The notes below the pieces were generated by a model that ran no database searches, was not told the origin of the DNA, and saw only the letters and a program-made list of their open reading frames with translations. The position numbers were made by a program, and so were the translations under genes. Below are positions 37,101 to 50,000 of a stretch of 64,000 bases of DNA, in pieces. This DNA comes from Rhina ancylostomus. Lineage: Eukaryota. How positions within the stretch are numbered: the first letter of the stretch is position 1; every line of letters begins with the position of its first letter. The stretch is from the NCBI GenBank assembly GCA_030265395.1, contig JARFYF010000001.1, forward strand, positions 98,920,984 through 98,984,983, read 5' to 3'.

Positions 37101-40100
37101 CTTGTGTTGTAGTTTTACTTAGTTGGTTCATTATTTTTAGGAATACATGTTGATACTCCCTGCAAATGGTCCTGCACTCTTCATTGAACCAGATTAGTCT
37201 TCCTTGATGGTAAGGTTAAGATGATAGTAACTTTACTCCATCGGGCTATCGATTGTGATGGAATACAACTGCTATGGTGGTCAACAACACCTCCTGTATG
37301 CTCAGCTCAGGCCACTAGATCTTTTCTTTTCCAAATGTGTTTCATTTAACACAGATGTAGTTCCACACAACACATGGAGTTTTCAGCATAAAGATGCAAT
37401 TTCATCTCCACAGGACTCTGCAGTGGTCTCTCTCACCTCTGTTGCCATGAGCAGATACATCAGCAAAAGCTGGCTTGGCGAGGCTAATTGGGAGTGGGTT
37501 TTTCTGTTTTGTTGATTCATTCACTAACTGGCATCTGTATCTGCAGGGGACTTGACTGGAAAGATCAGCAGTGGAACAACTGAGACACTTACAGTGGCAT
37601 GGAAAAGGTTGGGCACCCCTGGTCAAAATTTCTGTTACTGTGAATAGTTAAGTGTGTAGAAGATGAACTGATCTCTAAAAGTCATTAAGTTAAAGATGAA
37701 ACATTCTTTTCAACATTTTAAGCAAGATTCGTGTATTATTTTTGTTTATTACAATTTTAGAGTGAAAAAAGGAAAGGAGCACCATGCAAAAGTTTGAGCA
37801 CCCTAAGAGATTTGAGCTCTCAGATAACTTTTAGCAAGGTCTCGGACCTTCATTAGCTTGTAGGGCTATGGCTTGTTCACAGTCATCATTAGGAAAGGCC
37901 AGGTGATGCAAATTTCAATGCTTTATAAACACCCTGACTCCTCAAACCTTGTCCCAACAGTCAGCAGCCATGGGCTCCTCTAAGCAGCTGCCTAGCACTC
38001 TGAAAATTAAAATAAATGATGCCCACAAAGCAGGAAAAGGCTTTAAGAAGATAGCAAAGTGTTTTGAGGTAGCCGTTTCCTCAGTTCATAATGTAATTAA
38101 GAAATGGCAGTTAACAGGAACTGTGGAGGTCAAGTTGAGGTTTTCCAGACCAAGAAAACTTTCCGAGAGAACTGCTCGTAGGATTGCTAGAAAGGCAAAT
38201 CAAAATCCCCGTTTGACTGCAAGAGACCTTCAGGAAGATTTAGACTCTGGAGTGGTGGCGCACTGTTCTACTGTGCAACGACACTTGCACAGATATAACC
38301 TTCATGGAAGAGTCATCAGAAGAAAACCTTTCCTGCATCCTCACCACAAAATTCAGCGTCAGACGTTTGCAAAGGAACAACTAAACGAGCCTAATGCATT
38401 TTGGAAACAAGTTCTGTGGACTGACGNNNNNNNNNNNNNNNNNNNNNNNNNNNNNNNNNNNNNNNNNNNNNNNNNNNNNNNNNNNNNNNNNNNNNNNNNN
38501 NNNNNNNNNNNNNNNNNNNNNNNNNNTGAGCAAAGGTATGTTACTATGTACTGACCATGCAGGGTGCCCAAACTTTTGCTTCGGGCCCTTTTCCTTTTGC
38601 GTTATTTTGAAACTGTAAAAAATGGAAATAAAAAAAGTGATCTTGCTCAAAATATTAAAGAAATGTGTCATCTTTAACTTTATGCCTTTTGGAAATCAAG
38701 TCATCTTTTACTCACTTCGCTATTCACAGTAATAGAAATTTTGACCAGGGGTGCCCAAACTTTTGCATGCCACTGTACACAATGGCCTTTTACAACTCCT
38801 ACCAAAGTATTTATTTTTTATCTACTGTCCTTAAAAATAAAACCCAGAATCACATTTATCTTTCCTAACATTTTCTAACTGAATGTCAATCAACCTCCCA
38901 ACTTAAATCTTTTTTGTAACTGTTCTGATTTTAAAAAAAGTCAGCATTTCCTAGTAATGCACTACTTCATTTATCTCTGCTTCAAATTGGATGTTTAATG
39001 TTACAACAGCTCTATTTTGAAGCAAGCAACAAAGTGTGAAGACTTCATCTCATGGATGAGGAATTTGAAATTGCAGTGTTTCTGTATTTTCCTCTCTGTT
39101 TAAGACACCAGACTGTGTTTCCAAATGGCCTGGTAATGTTAGAGATTGGTGGTGGCTATGTTCGCTTTTATTGAAATGTAGGCATTATTGCTTACAAATA
39201 AACTTTTTCCAAGCATATAAGTGAATGTATTTGATTAGTTATTTTTCCCTGCAGAATGTCCTCTTTAAATTAGTTCCTTTCTGCCTTTTTATATTTTTGT
39301 AATTGTTTCTTTGAAAGTTACAATCACATCATGGAATGTAGTACATTTTTAACAAATAAATATGTTTGAAAAATACGAACAGTTAGAAAACCAGTAAATA
39401 CCATGTCAGCCCTTTGGGAATCGGGTCACATCCCTGTTTAAGGTCAGCTACTACTTTGGACAAATGGAATTCACCTTATCAGCACTCAACTGTATTAAAA
39501 AGCCTAAGCTATCAGTGGGTGGAAGGAAGCATTTTGGACAGTTGGGTTTAAAAATAGGTTTTGTTAGCAACAGTGATAGCATTAGAACATTAACTGAGAA
39601 ACATGATAGCTATGGAACGGCTGTGGGAGGCAGACGTGACTGTATCTTGTGAAGAGATGTGGGAGATCCAGAAATGGAGATTTTGGAAATTGAGGGTGCT
39701 GCGATCCCTGAATATAGGACGAGCAAGCCAGTAAATACAACTGACATTTTTTTCNNNNNNNNNNNNNNNNNNNNNNNNNNNNNNNNNNNNNNNNNNNNNN
39801 NNNNNNNNNNNNNNNNNNNNNNNNNNNNNNNNNNNNNNNNNNNNNNNNNNNNNNGACATTTTTTTCTTGTGATTCCAATGTGTGTGTTGCTTACAAGCAT
39901 ATTTTCATTTGCATTCAAACTTGTTTTTTTTAATTGCAGAAACACAATTCAATTTACACCTACACAAATAGAAGCAATTCGAGCTGGCATGCAACCAGGC
40001 CTTACCATGGTATCAGTTTGCTTTTACTTATTCAGACTCCTCTAATTTTAACAAGTTTTGTGGGCCAAGTTAATTTTGCTGTGATGGTTGCTTTCATTAT

Positions 40101-40975
40101 TGCTGTCTTTCTGTGTTTCAGGTTGTAGGACCACCAGGTACAGGAAAAACTGATGTGGCGGTACAGATAATTTCTAACCTGTATCATAACTTTCCAGAGC
40201 AAAGAACTCTCATTGTGACCCATTCCAACCAGGTACCTTCACAATAAGTGCAATTTATGTACTTGTTCAGATCACATACTGTCAAACTGGAGAAATTTTA
40301 ATGAAGGTATAATGTGTCGTAATGCCTCAATAAAACTCTTATTTATTGATTATAAGTTGTGAATGAATTGCCCCGAGAAGGTGAATCCTTCTTTAAGAGA
40401 ATGTTTCACTTCTGACTTAAAATGCTATTACTAGTTCGGATTTATTTAAATGAAAACTCGTTTTATTTTTATTTTTGGTAGGATGGTTGTGGTGGATTGT
40501 ATTTGAATCTAAATAATATTTTCTTTTCCATCTTGACTATCCATTGTCCAGACCTTGCATCCTTAGTCAGGCAGATGACAATAAGTGAATTTCAGTCTAC
40601 CCAAAAAACATGCCCAACAGTTTCAGAAGAGCTTCTAAGCTGCATAAGTCTGGTTTTACTTTTATTTTTCAAAATGTCATTTGAAGATATTCCAGAGGAA
40701 ACAAGTTACGGTTCTATTTCTACATGACCTGATGACCGACACTGAAAATGCGTGTCATTGGGTCTTCACTAGATTCTAAAATAAATTGCAAGCAGGTCAT
40801 GGCAGTATTCGAAACAGTTTGCATGCTTTCCTATTGTTTTAATGCTTGTAGTTTCAGTACTTAGATGGCCAGTTTAAATGTGTGATTTTAATTTGAACAG
40901 TTCAAAATCCTGTAAAAGTACCTTTGTTTAGCTGGTAAATGAAAAAATCTCTTACATTAGTTTGTCTGATTTTTT

Positions 40976-41006
<31 letters not shown>

Positions 41007-44000
41007 TAAATAAAAAATATTCTGTTATAGATCAAATATGTTTTTCTGTTTTGTGTCAAGATTAAGTAAGTTATAAGGTAGAAATGTGTGTTCTTAACCT
41101 GCATTAAAGTGAAGTTTGTTGTGCTCACCCACTTCTTTCCCAAGATAGCAGAATTTAATTTTCCTTTTAATAATCTTCCAGATTTTGAAAATCCATTCCC
41201 TATTCAAAATTTAGTGTTTTTAAATTAATTTTGGCTTTCTTCCCTTCAGCACTGTTGACATTTGACTTTTAAAAAAACTGTTTCAATAAATTATGACAAA
41301 GTGATTATCTGTCAGGCAATATATTAAAAAGTCTGGATGTTAATTGATCAGAGGCCATATTAAATCCTCATGCTGCAGTGAGGTAAACCAAGTGCAGCAG
41401 CCACTTTGTTGATTCAAGATATTTATGAATGCACAAAGTAGTGCTGTTAACTTAAAATACAGAGGTGTAAATAATCAAAATCATTAAACCAAACAAGCAA
41501 AATTTTTTTTTCAAAAATAACACACCTTCCCTTTTGCCTCCTCATCCTTTGCCCTGTGATCCCTCTCAAAATTGGTGGGGCCTGAGATTGTGCATTAGGT
41601 CAAACCTGGCACTGGATTCCAGAAATTATTGCTCCTAAGATAATGCCAAGGGATCTCAGCAAGACCTGACTCCACATGAAGTCGTGCAGCAGAGCAAATG
41701 GACTTATTCAGTTTTCCAAATCTGTTGGGCTAAATCCTGAGCTTGTGTGTTTTTACAGAAGCAATGCATAAACCTGCAACTTATTTCAATTTTAATGGAA
41801 AAATGCTGGCCTCTGATCAGAACCATTGGCTAAAGTCGGTACAATCTGGCTTAATCTCTTGATACTTCATTGCATCACAATATTGAAGGACTGCCTTGTC
41901 CTTAGTGCATTGATCCATCTTTTAATTTGTAGCATAATTCCTAGCATGGTCTTCCCCACTTAAGTTGCCGACAGGGTTTCATGTTTCACCAGCAATTTTA
42001 GCTTCTGCTTTTTAAAAAACCTACAATTAAAACCTACAGGTTTTTAAGGACGAATTATTATCTTAGGGAAACCATTGTTGTATGGACGTGATCAATAACT
42101 GTTGGCTATGTAAAACTGAGTTTTAATTCCAGAAAGTTCCTAGTCATCTCTCTACATATTAATAGATGGTTGAACAAGAAGCAGTGCATGTCACCTTGTC
42201 AGTGCACACATTCTGCGCAATGTTTGTTGACGCACTGAGTATAGCCTTTTGGTGTTACTTCAGACACAATATGAATTGTTTAAGTACCTGATGACAGATA
42301 TTGTGTTGCTAATTTTTCACAATTAGACTGCGGTCACTCAGGCTCATTTATTGATTTCTCAAATAAATTAGGGACAAAAGACAAAGGCATATTGTGCTAA
42401 TATAATTGGATAGAAACTAAATTTCAATATAGTTAACTCAGCAGCTTGTTTTCTGCAGTAAACTATTACTCAAATTTTCCTTGGCTCATCACATTTTGAC
42501 AAATCTTTAAGCTTTGGCAAACATGGCCAGCTACAAAAAAAGGAGACTGTAAACAGTTTCTAAGATCTTAGCATGTTGAACTTGCCTCCACCAAGCACAA
42601 AAGTTGTCGCAGAGGAATTAAAGGCAGATCAGTCAAGGTCACGATAGGACATAAGTCTATCAAACATTTGGCCAGAATTCAACAAAATGCTTGTCCCTTT
42701 TTGCTTTTAACAGAGATGTCATGCAACAACCTGATTTCTAGTTAACGTGAAAGATGTTGTGAATTATGGAAGATTTTTAGGAAGTTATTTTCAGATTGTC
42801 TCCAGAGAGACAGGTACAAAAATGTGGTCTGTTGCATAGGTGCAAATACCATTTTGGATGAGATGTTAAGCCACTTACTCACCTGCCCTTTCAGTGGATG
42901 TAAAAGAAACTTTGGACTATCTTATAGATTATCAAACCATTGCTGTTTGTAGAAAGTTGCTTCCATGGGATTAGCTGCTTGTTTCCTACATTTCAGTAGT
43001 GACCACNNNNNNNNNNNNNTTCATTGATTGGAAAGCACTTTGGGACAATCCACAGCTGTGAAAAGTGGTGTATAAATAGAAGTCTTTCATCTTTCTTTCT
43101 TATAAGGTAGACAGTTTTCTGATTTTGTGCAGAAGTGAATTGATGCAAATGAATTGACATATTATCCAAATAACTAAAAATACACAATACAAAATTGACA
43201 CCATTCTTGAGCCAGACTGATATCTCTCAACGCATGGAAGTGTTACAGAAATAAGTTCCTTTTCATAAGTTGCAGCAGCTGTTTTAAGTCTTATTGAAAG
43301 TTATTCTCACTTCTAAAAAACTCTGTCATCTGTTGCTGTCAATCTACAGGCCTTGAACCAGCTGTTTGAGAAGATCATGGCTCTGGACATTGATGAGCGT
43401 CACCTTCTTCGTCTGGGTCATGGTGAAGAGGAGCTGGAGACTGAGAAGGATTTTAGCAGGTGAGAAACATGGAGTAGTGTGATTTAATTGGATGAATGGT
43501 GCAACAGACTGAGACTAACTGACAGAAATTGAGACTGTACTGTATATTCTGTGTTTTCACAAAGTTTCTGTTTGAAGGATCTGGAATACTACATGAATGT
43601 TTATACCTGCAAAGCCAAACAATAATGCCTCCTAAAAATCAGAATTAGGAAATTGGCCTTTGAAGCTACTCTGCACAAGTATGAAGTGATATTCTTAGGC
43701 TGTAGACTTTACGTAAATCTGTTGTATAAATTCAGAGTCTAGTTGGTGTTGTCAGACTGACTCTTAAAAATTTGCTGTTTGGTTTCTTTGTTGATCATTA
43801 TTTTACATTCCAGATAAATTTTTAAAAGCCTTTTTATTGATTTGCATCATATTATTCATATGAAGAAGTGTAAATTAAATATGGGTGAGATGTTTCATGA
43901 GGAAAAACAAGCCATCAGAGGAATAATCTGTTCTGTTTCTGAATAGAATCAGGACAAGGCAGATTTAGACTATATTTAATTAGTGGGTATAATTTATCCC

Positions 44001-47000
44001 TATAATATACAGTATACATTGTAACTATCTTTAGGTAGTGTCTGTTGTTTGAATTCCTTGCTGCATTTTTGGTATTTTTATGAATTCTTACTGCCATTCT
44101 GGTCTTGGCTTGCTTTTGCCTTTTTTTAAGCCTGAATTTGTGGCTCATGCTTCAGGAGATATGGACCAACCTGAGTGAGTGGGTGAGAACATGGCAGGCA
44201 GAACTTAAGTGGAAAAATATTGGGTAATCCACTTTGGTGCACATAATAAAAAACACATAATGGTGCTGATGTTCAAAGGGACCAGAGTGTGCTTGTACTG
44301 AATTATTGCACTTTACATCNNNNNNNNNNNNNNNNNNNNNNNNNNNNNNNNNNNNNNNNNNNNNNNNNNNNNNNNNNNNNNNNNNNNNNNNNNNNNNNNN
44401 NNNNNNNNNNNNNNNNNNNTGTGCTTGTACTGAATTATTGCACTTTACATCATAACGCTCTATTTCCTAGACTCCAGTGGTGTGTTTGCTGCTTTTGATT
44501 TTGTAATAAATGTTGTTACCTCATTGTCTTCTGTGTATATTTGGTGATCAGATGTCATGAGCTATGATTGCACAGGATAACCTTTGCTCACTTATGTGAT
44601 TCTTCCACCTTTTATTCCCATTCAAGCAAGGATAGAACAGTGAAAAGCATTGAAATGAAGGTACTAGACAGCTGGAAGCATTCCTTCATTGTTGCCAGAA
44701 CTAAATCGTGGAATTTCCTGTCCAAAAGCACTGTTAAGAGTTCCTTCACCAGAAGGACTGTAGCTGTTTTAAGTAGCCACCTCATCAATACTGTCTCAAA
44801 GGCAGTCAGAGATAGGCTGTCTTTACCAGTGATACCCAAATTTTCCAAATTAATTGGGGAAAAGAAACACTCCAGGCAACATATCTGTTATCAATGAAAG
44901 TGTTTGAAAAGATGGGTCCTGCTGAATTGCTTTTAAAACTGACATTGCATTGGGTAGGTCGTGCTGCATATCCAGCAATGTAATCCTTCACTATTTTCTG
45001 CCTACAGGCTACAGCCTGTAAGATGCAACACATCACACAAAAAGCGCTTAGTGAAATGAGAGAGTTTATTTTGCAGTTGCACTTTTCAGAATGATATAAC
45101 AACAACTTTGCATGGTTTGTCCGATCACAAGATTGCAGCTGAGGGGACATCACACACATTTAGGAAATGGTGCTATTCGGAAGCAGGGGTTGAAACATTC
45201 TACCCTGCTTGGTGCTGCTCCATGAAGTACAGCTTTGTTATAGTGCTTGTGGTTGTCCAGTCCAAACATCCACTGGTATATACTGCCCTGACCTTTAAAA
45301 AAGGCATATGCTCCATCTCTGCACTGCTGTGCAAGAAACCTGGATACCTGGAACCTGTTGCAAACTGTTGCCCTCCCTGGTTCTGTGTTTAGAAGCTGGC
45401 TTGCAACCCTGCCCTGCACTGGCCTCATTTACCTCAAAGGCCGGTGAGCTTGTTACCTTAGAGAAACCTCTGGGCTAGAGAGAGCTGTACAGTCAAGCAA
45501 AAAGAGAGGCTTCCATCACATCCAGCAGGTGGTGATGAGAGAGACCGCTGGATCTGGGTGTAGTGTTGCCAATCACCACCAATCGCTCTCTCACACTGTG
45601 CTGGTTAAGATGCAGCCCTGAGCACCCACAGACTGCTGAGAGGCCACATCACCCACCCCAGCCTACCCAAGACCAGTCCTCACAAGTAGGCTTTCCGCAC
45701 CGAGGGTGGGTAATTCATCACTTCATTAGTATAAGGTTCCTGACACCCAGACTCCCCACACAGCAGTACAACAGGGAGGGTCAGGGTTTGTACCAGTTTC
45801 TTAACACAGCGGTGCTGCCAGTGATGCATCCCTGTACTTGTAATACTACAATGATCCCATTTAGCACTGATTCCATCCGCACTCTCATTCTTGGGAATGC
45901 ATCTTGGGGACTGAACAAGGTAACAATGTACAAAAGGAACAGCTTTTCTCTGAATCTTACAGGGCTGTGTTTGACATGGAAGTACTTTATAACAACGCAC
46001 ACAAAATAAAATTCATGAACCAGGGAAAGCAATTTTGCGCACAATTCTGGTGAACAGTTGGTGAAATTGACGGATTGCTATTTTGTAATATATTTTGTAC
46101 CATTTAAATGAATTCTAATGTAGAGAAATGTGAGGTGATGCATTTTGTTGGAAGGAATGAGGAGAGGCAGTGTTGATACTGTTCTATAAGGGGTACAGGA
46201 GGGGATAGAGCTGGAAGTGCAGGTGCACAAGTCATTGAAAGTGGAAGTGGAGGTTGAGAAGGCAGTTAATAAGATATACACAATTCTGGGCTTCATCAAT
46301 AAAGGCATAAATGCAGGGAAGTCATGCTGCATGTTAATAAAACACTAGTCTGGACTCAGCTGTATTGTGTTCAGTTTTGGTCAGCTCTTAATTGGAAGGA
46401 TGTGGAAGCATTGGAGAGGACCCCAAGAACTACAAGAATGGTATCTAGGATGAGGGACAACAGTTAAAGAATATTGTGAGGCTGGGATTATTTTCTTTGG
46501 AGAAGGGAAGCTGAGGGAAGATTTGATGGAGGCATATATAATAATGGGGTATCTGGACAAAGTGGACAGTGGGAGGCTGTTCATCTTGGTGGAGGGGTAG
46601 AGAATTAGAGATAACGTGTACAAAATGAAGGGGGAGAGAATTAACAGTGACATCAGAAATAATAACCTTTTTATGTAGTGTCATGGTTGCCTGCAGAAGT
46701 GATTTAAAAATAGGTTACATTGTGGCTACCAAAAGGGAATTAGATACAGTGAGGAAAATGTGCAAGGCTCTGGAGAAGGAGCTGGGGAGTGGAGCCCATG
46801 AGCTTCTCTTGCAGAGCACCGGTTCAGATATGATCAGCCAAATGGCCTCCTCCCGTGCTGTAGTCATTCCATAATTCCACGATAGGTGCTATACACACAG
46901 TAAATTATTTGAACTTGCTATTACAAGAGCAAACATGGCATCCATTCTCTTTCTAATGGTAATGACTGTGAATAGAATGTTGGCCAAGGCACAAGGAAAA

Positions 47001-50000
47001 CACTTATTTTACCTTGAAAAGCTTCTTGGTTCTTTATTTTTCTATTGTACAACTGGTTTAATTTCCTACCTGCAGGATTATGCCAGCACTCTCTCAATTA
47101 TGTATGGCAGGACGTCAGCCGAGATTAGGTACTTGAGCAATGGAACGAAGTTTGAATCCACAGTCAATTGACCCAAGCCGATTACTTAGAAAAAACTACT
47201 TGTGTGTAATAATAGCTGTGATTTTTATGTATTGACTAGCTTTTGACTCTGTGAACCTTTCAGATTTTACATAATTTCCACTTTATAAATTTTAGCTTCT
47301 GAGATTGGTGCTAAATTGTTACCTGTTTCACCATTTGATCATTTAATTGTAACAGTGCATAAGCAGCAATGTATTTGTACTTGATTATAATCCAGATTTG
47401 TGATTTTAATAGTGTGTGAATCTACATACCTAGCTAACACAATCTTGCTTGTTAATAATAGATATGGTCGAGTGAATTATGTGCTGGCTCGGAGACTCGA
47501 GTTGTTGCGTGAAGTAGGGCGATTGCAAGAGAGTCTCGGGGTTCCTGGAGATGTCTCGTACACCTGTGAAACAGCTGGACATTTCTACCTGTATCAGGTA
47601 AGACATAGCTTTATCCAAGTTTGGTGCTCAGTGGCCTGATCATTGATATTTTTATCTGCTTCATGATTTTTCTGTTTAATGTTCCAGTATTCCCCATGTG
47701 TTTGTTTTTATGACCAATTGCAATGTCTGGTTGCATGAGACGTGGTTTTTATTTAAAGTGTGCTGTACATGAGATACTGTTTTCTGAATAAAAATTTGTT
47801 TTAATCAACTAATGATACTTCACGTCCCTGTGGCCTTATGTCCACTAGTCCTCCATCCCTTTTATCTTCATCCAGACTTCAGCATCTCTGTATCACATTG
47901 CCCAGCTGAACTACCATTTTAAGAGATTTGTAATTCATATTTTAATTAAGAATTTCATTTTTGATATTGGGATCAATTTTTAAAAAATTATATATAACAT
48001 GAGGCACAGGTTTATTCTCAATGATTGTTTCAGCCATGTCTATCAGTACATTTGTTCTCTTTGTTTTCATTCAGGTGATGTCACGTTGGGAAGAATATCT
48101 TAGTAAAGTAAAAGCCAAAAGTGGAAAGTCTGGTGATGTTACAACAGTGTCTGAGCATTTTCCATTCCATAAATACTTTGCCAATGCACCGCAGCCTATT
48201 TTTAAATGTCATTCGTATGAAGAAGATATGGAAATAGCTGAAGGGTGTTTCAGGCACATTAATAAAATATTTACACAGCTGGAGGTAGGCCATATTTTTA
48301 AGAATAGCAATAACTCTTGTAATTTTCACTAACTATATGTGTTGACCAGATTTTCACCAGTTGCATAATGGATAGATATATCATTTGTTTTGGTGTTGCT
48401 AAACTCAAAGTTAGCATAAATGAATGCACAAAAAGATCGAGCATTCTGAAATGGGATCCCATGACAGCTCTGTAAAATGTCAGATTTTTTGTTGTGATGT
48501 GCTGATCTTGATTATTTCTTATTTGCCAAGTCATTTTAGCAATGCATGAAATCACAACCATAATCCAATTATTAGTTTATTTAATATTGCTGAGCCTTGG
48601 ATTATTTTAATAATTGAAAACAGTTGGACTCTGGACTGATTTAGAATATGAAAACACCTTAAAGAGGCACCATTAGCAATAACGAACTGAGATGGAGAGG
48701 AGAAGCACCCGGCATCATTGATGCTAAAATTATTTTTACTTTGTCCAAATAATTAAGGATACATTTTCAAATTTCAATTGTTTAATAGCTGTGTAACCAA
48801 CAAATGCAAGGCAGCCATGTTAGTAGATTTCTGAGAATGCAAATATAACCACATTTTACTTTACTGTAAATAACTTTCTTAAATCCTTCACCCTCAGCTT
48901 CTACAATAAACACAAGGACTTTATGGGTCTTTTTGTCTCTGATATCATCTCATTAATTTCCATTGCTACTGTTCTTCCTTTCCCAGTCCACCAACCCAAA
49001 CTCGAAATTTAAATAAGCCCAGTCTTAGCCCTACACCAATAGTGTTCGCTATTTTTTTCTTCCTATTTTCATTGGAAGAATTTCATATTCTTCTGGTCAT
49101 ATTTTCTATTCACAATTCACAAGGGCGGCAAGGTAGCATAGCAGTTAGCGTGACACTATTACAGCACCAGCGATCGGGGTTCAGTTCCCATTGCTGCCTG
49201 TAAGGAGTTTATACGTTCTCCCATGTCTGCGTGGGTTTTCTCCGGGTGCTCTGGTTTCCTGCCACATTCCAAAGACATACGGGTAGGTTAATATGGGTTT
49301 AAAATGGGCGGTGCAGACTCATTGGGCCGGAAGGACCTGTTACCACGCTGTAACTAAAACTTAAAAAAAATTTTTTTTAATTCATTTCTGGTCACATTTC
49401 TTAGAACTCTGTTCAAGTTTCTCCAATCGGGTTTTCTCTCCTGAAGTGGTATGACACATCAAAATCACTGATGGCATTTTCTGTGATCGTGACAATGGTA
49501 ATCTTGTCGTATGCCATAGCAACTTTAACCATCCTCCTCCATTGCCTCACCATTGTCACTCAGTCAGGTGGGAAGGAACTCACCTGCTTATATTTTCAAC
49601 TATTCAATTGGAGTCTCTTAGTCAATTGCAGTAACTTCTTTTCCCACACTTGCAAAGTTCCTTTGGTATCCCTGAGGATCTATCTTTGGGCAATACCATT
49701 TCTCAAAGATGTGCTGTACTTCAGCAAAATCATCTAAAATCATAGAATTGCTCTCCACATGTATAGTGGCAATACCCAGCTTTATGCAACACTGCCTCTC
49801 TCAACCATTCCACTTGCCCAAAATCTAGTGCTAGATGAGCAAAAATTTCTCAAAGTAACCAGATGAGCAGAAGTTTCTCAAAGTAAATATCTGAAAGACT
49901 GAAACTATTGTCTTTGATTTGCATCACAAACTGCGTCCTTCAGCTACCAACCCCATCCATCCTTCTCCCTGATCTGAATCTGAACTGAACTGTTGCAGAT

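Noticed and set aside
33082-38554. SETMAR-like AQR-transposase fusion
   Set aside because: None of the AG sites before the transposase ATG is in frame with phase-2 exon 21, and the downstream AQR exons are intact.
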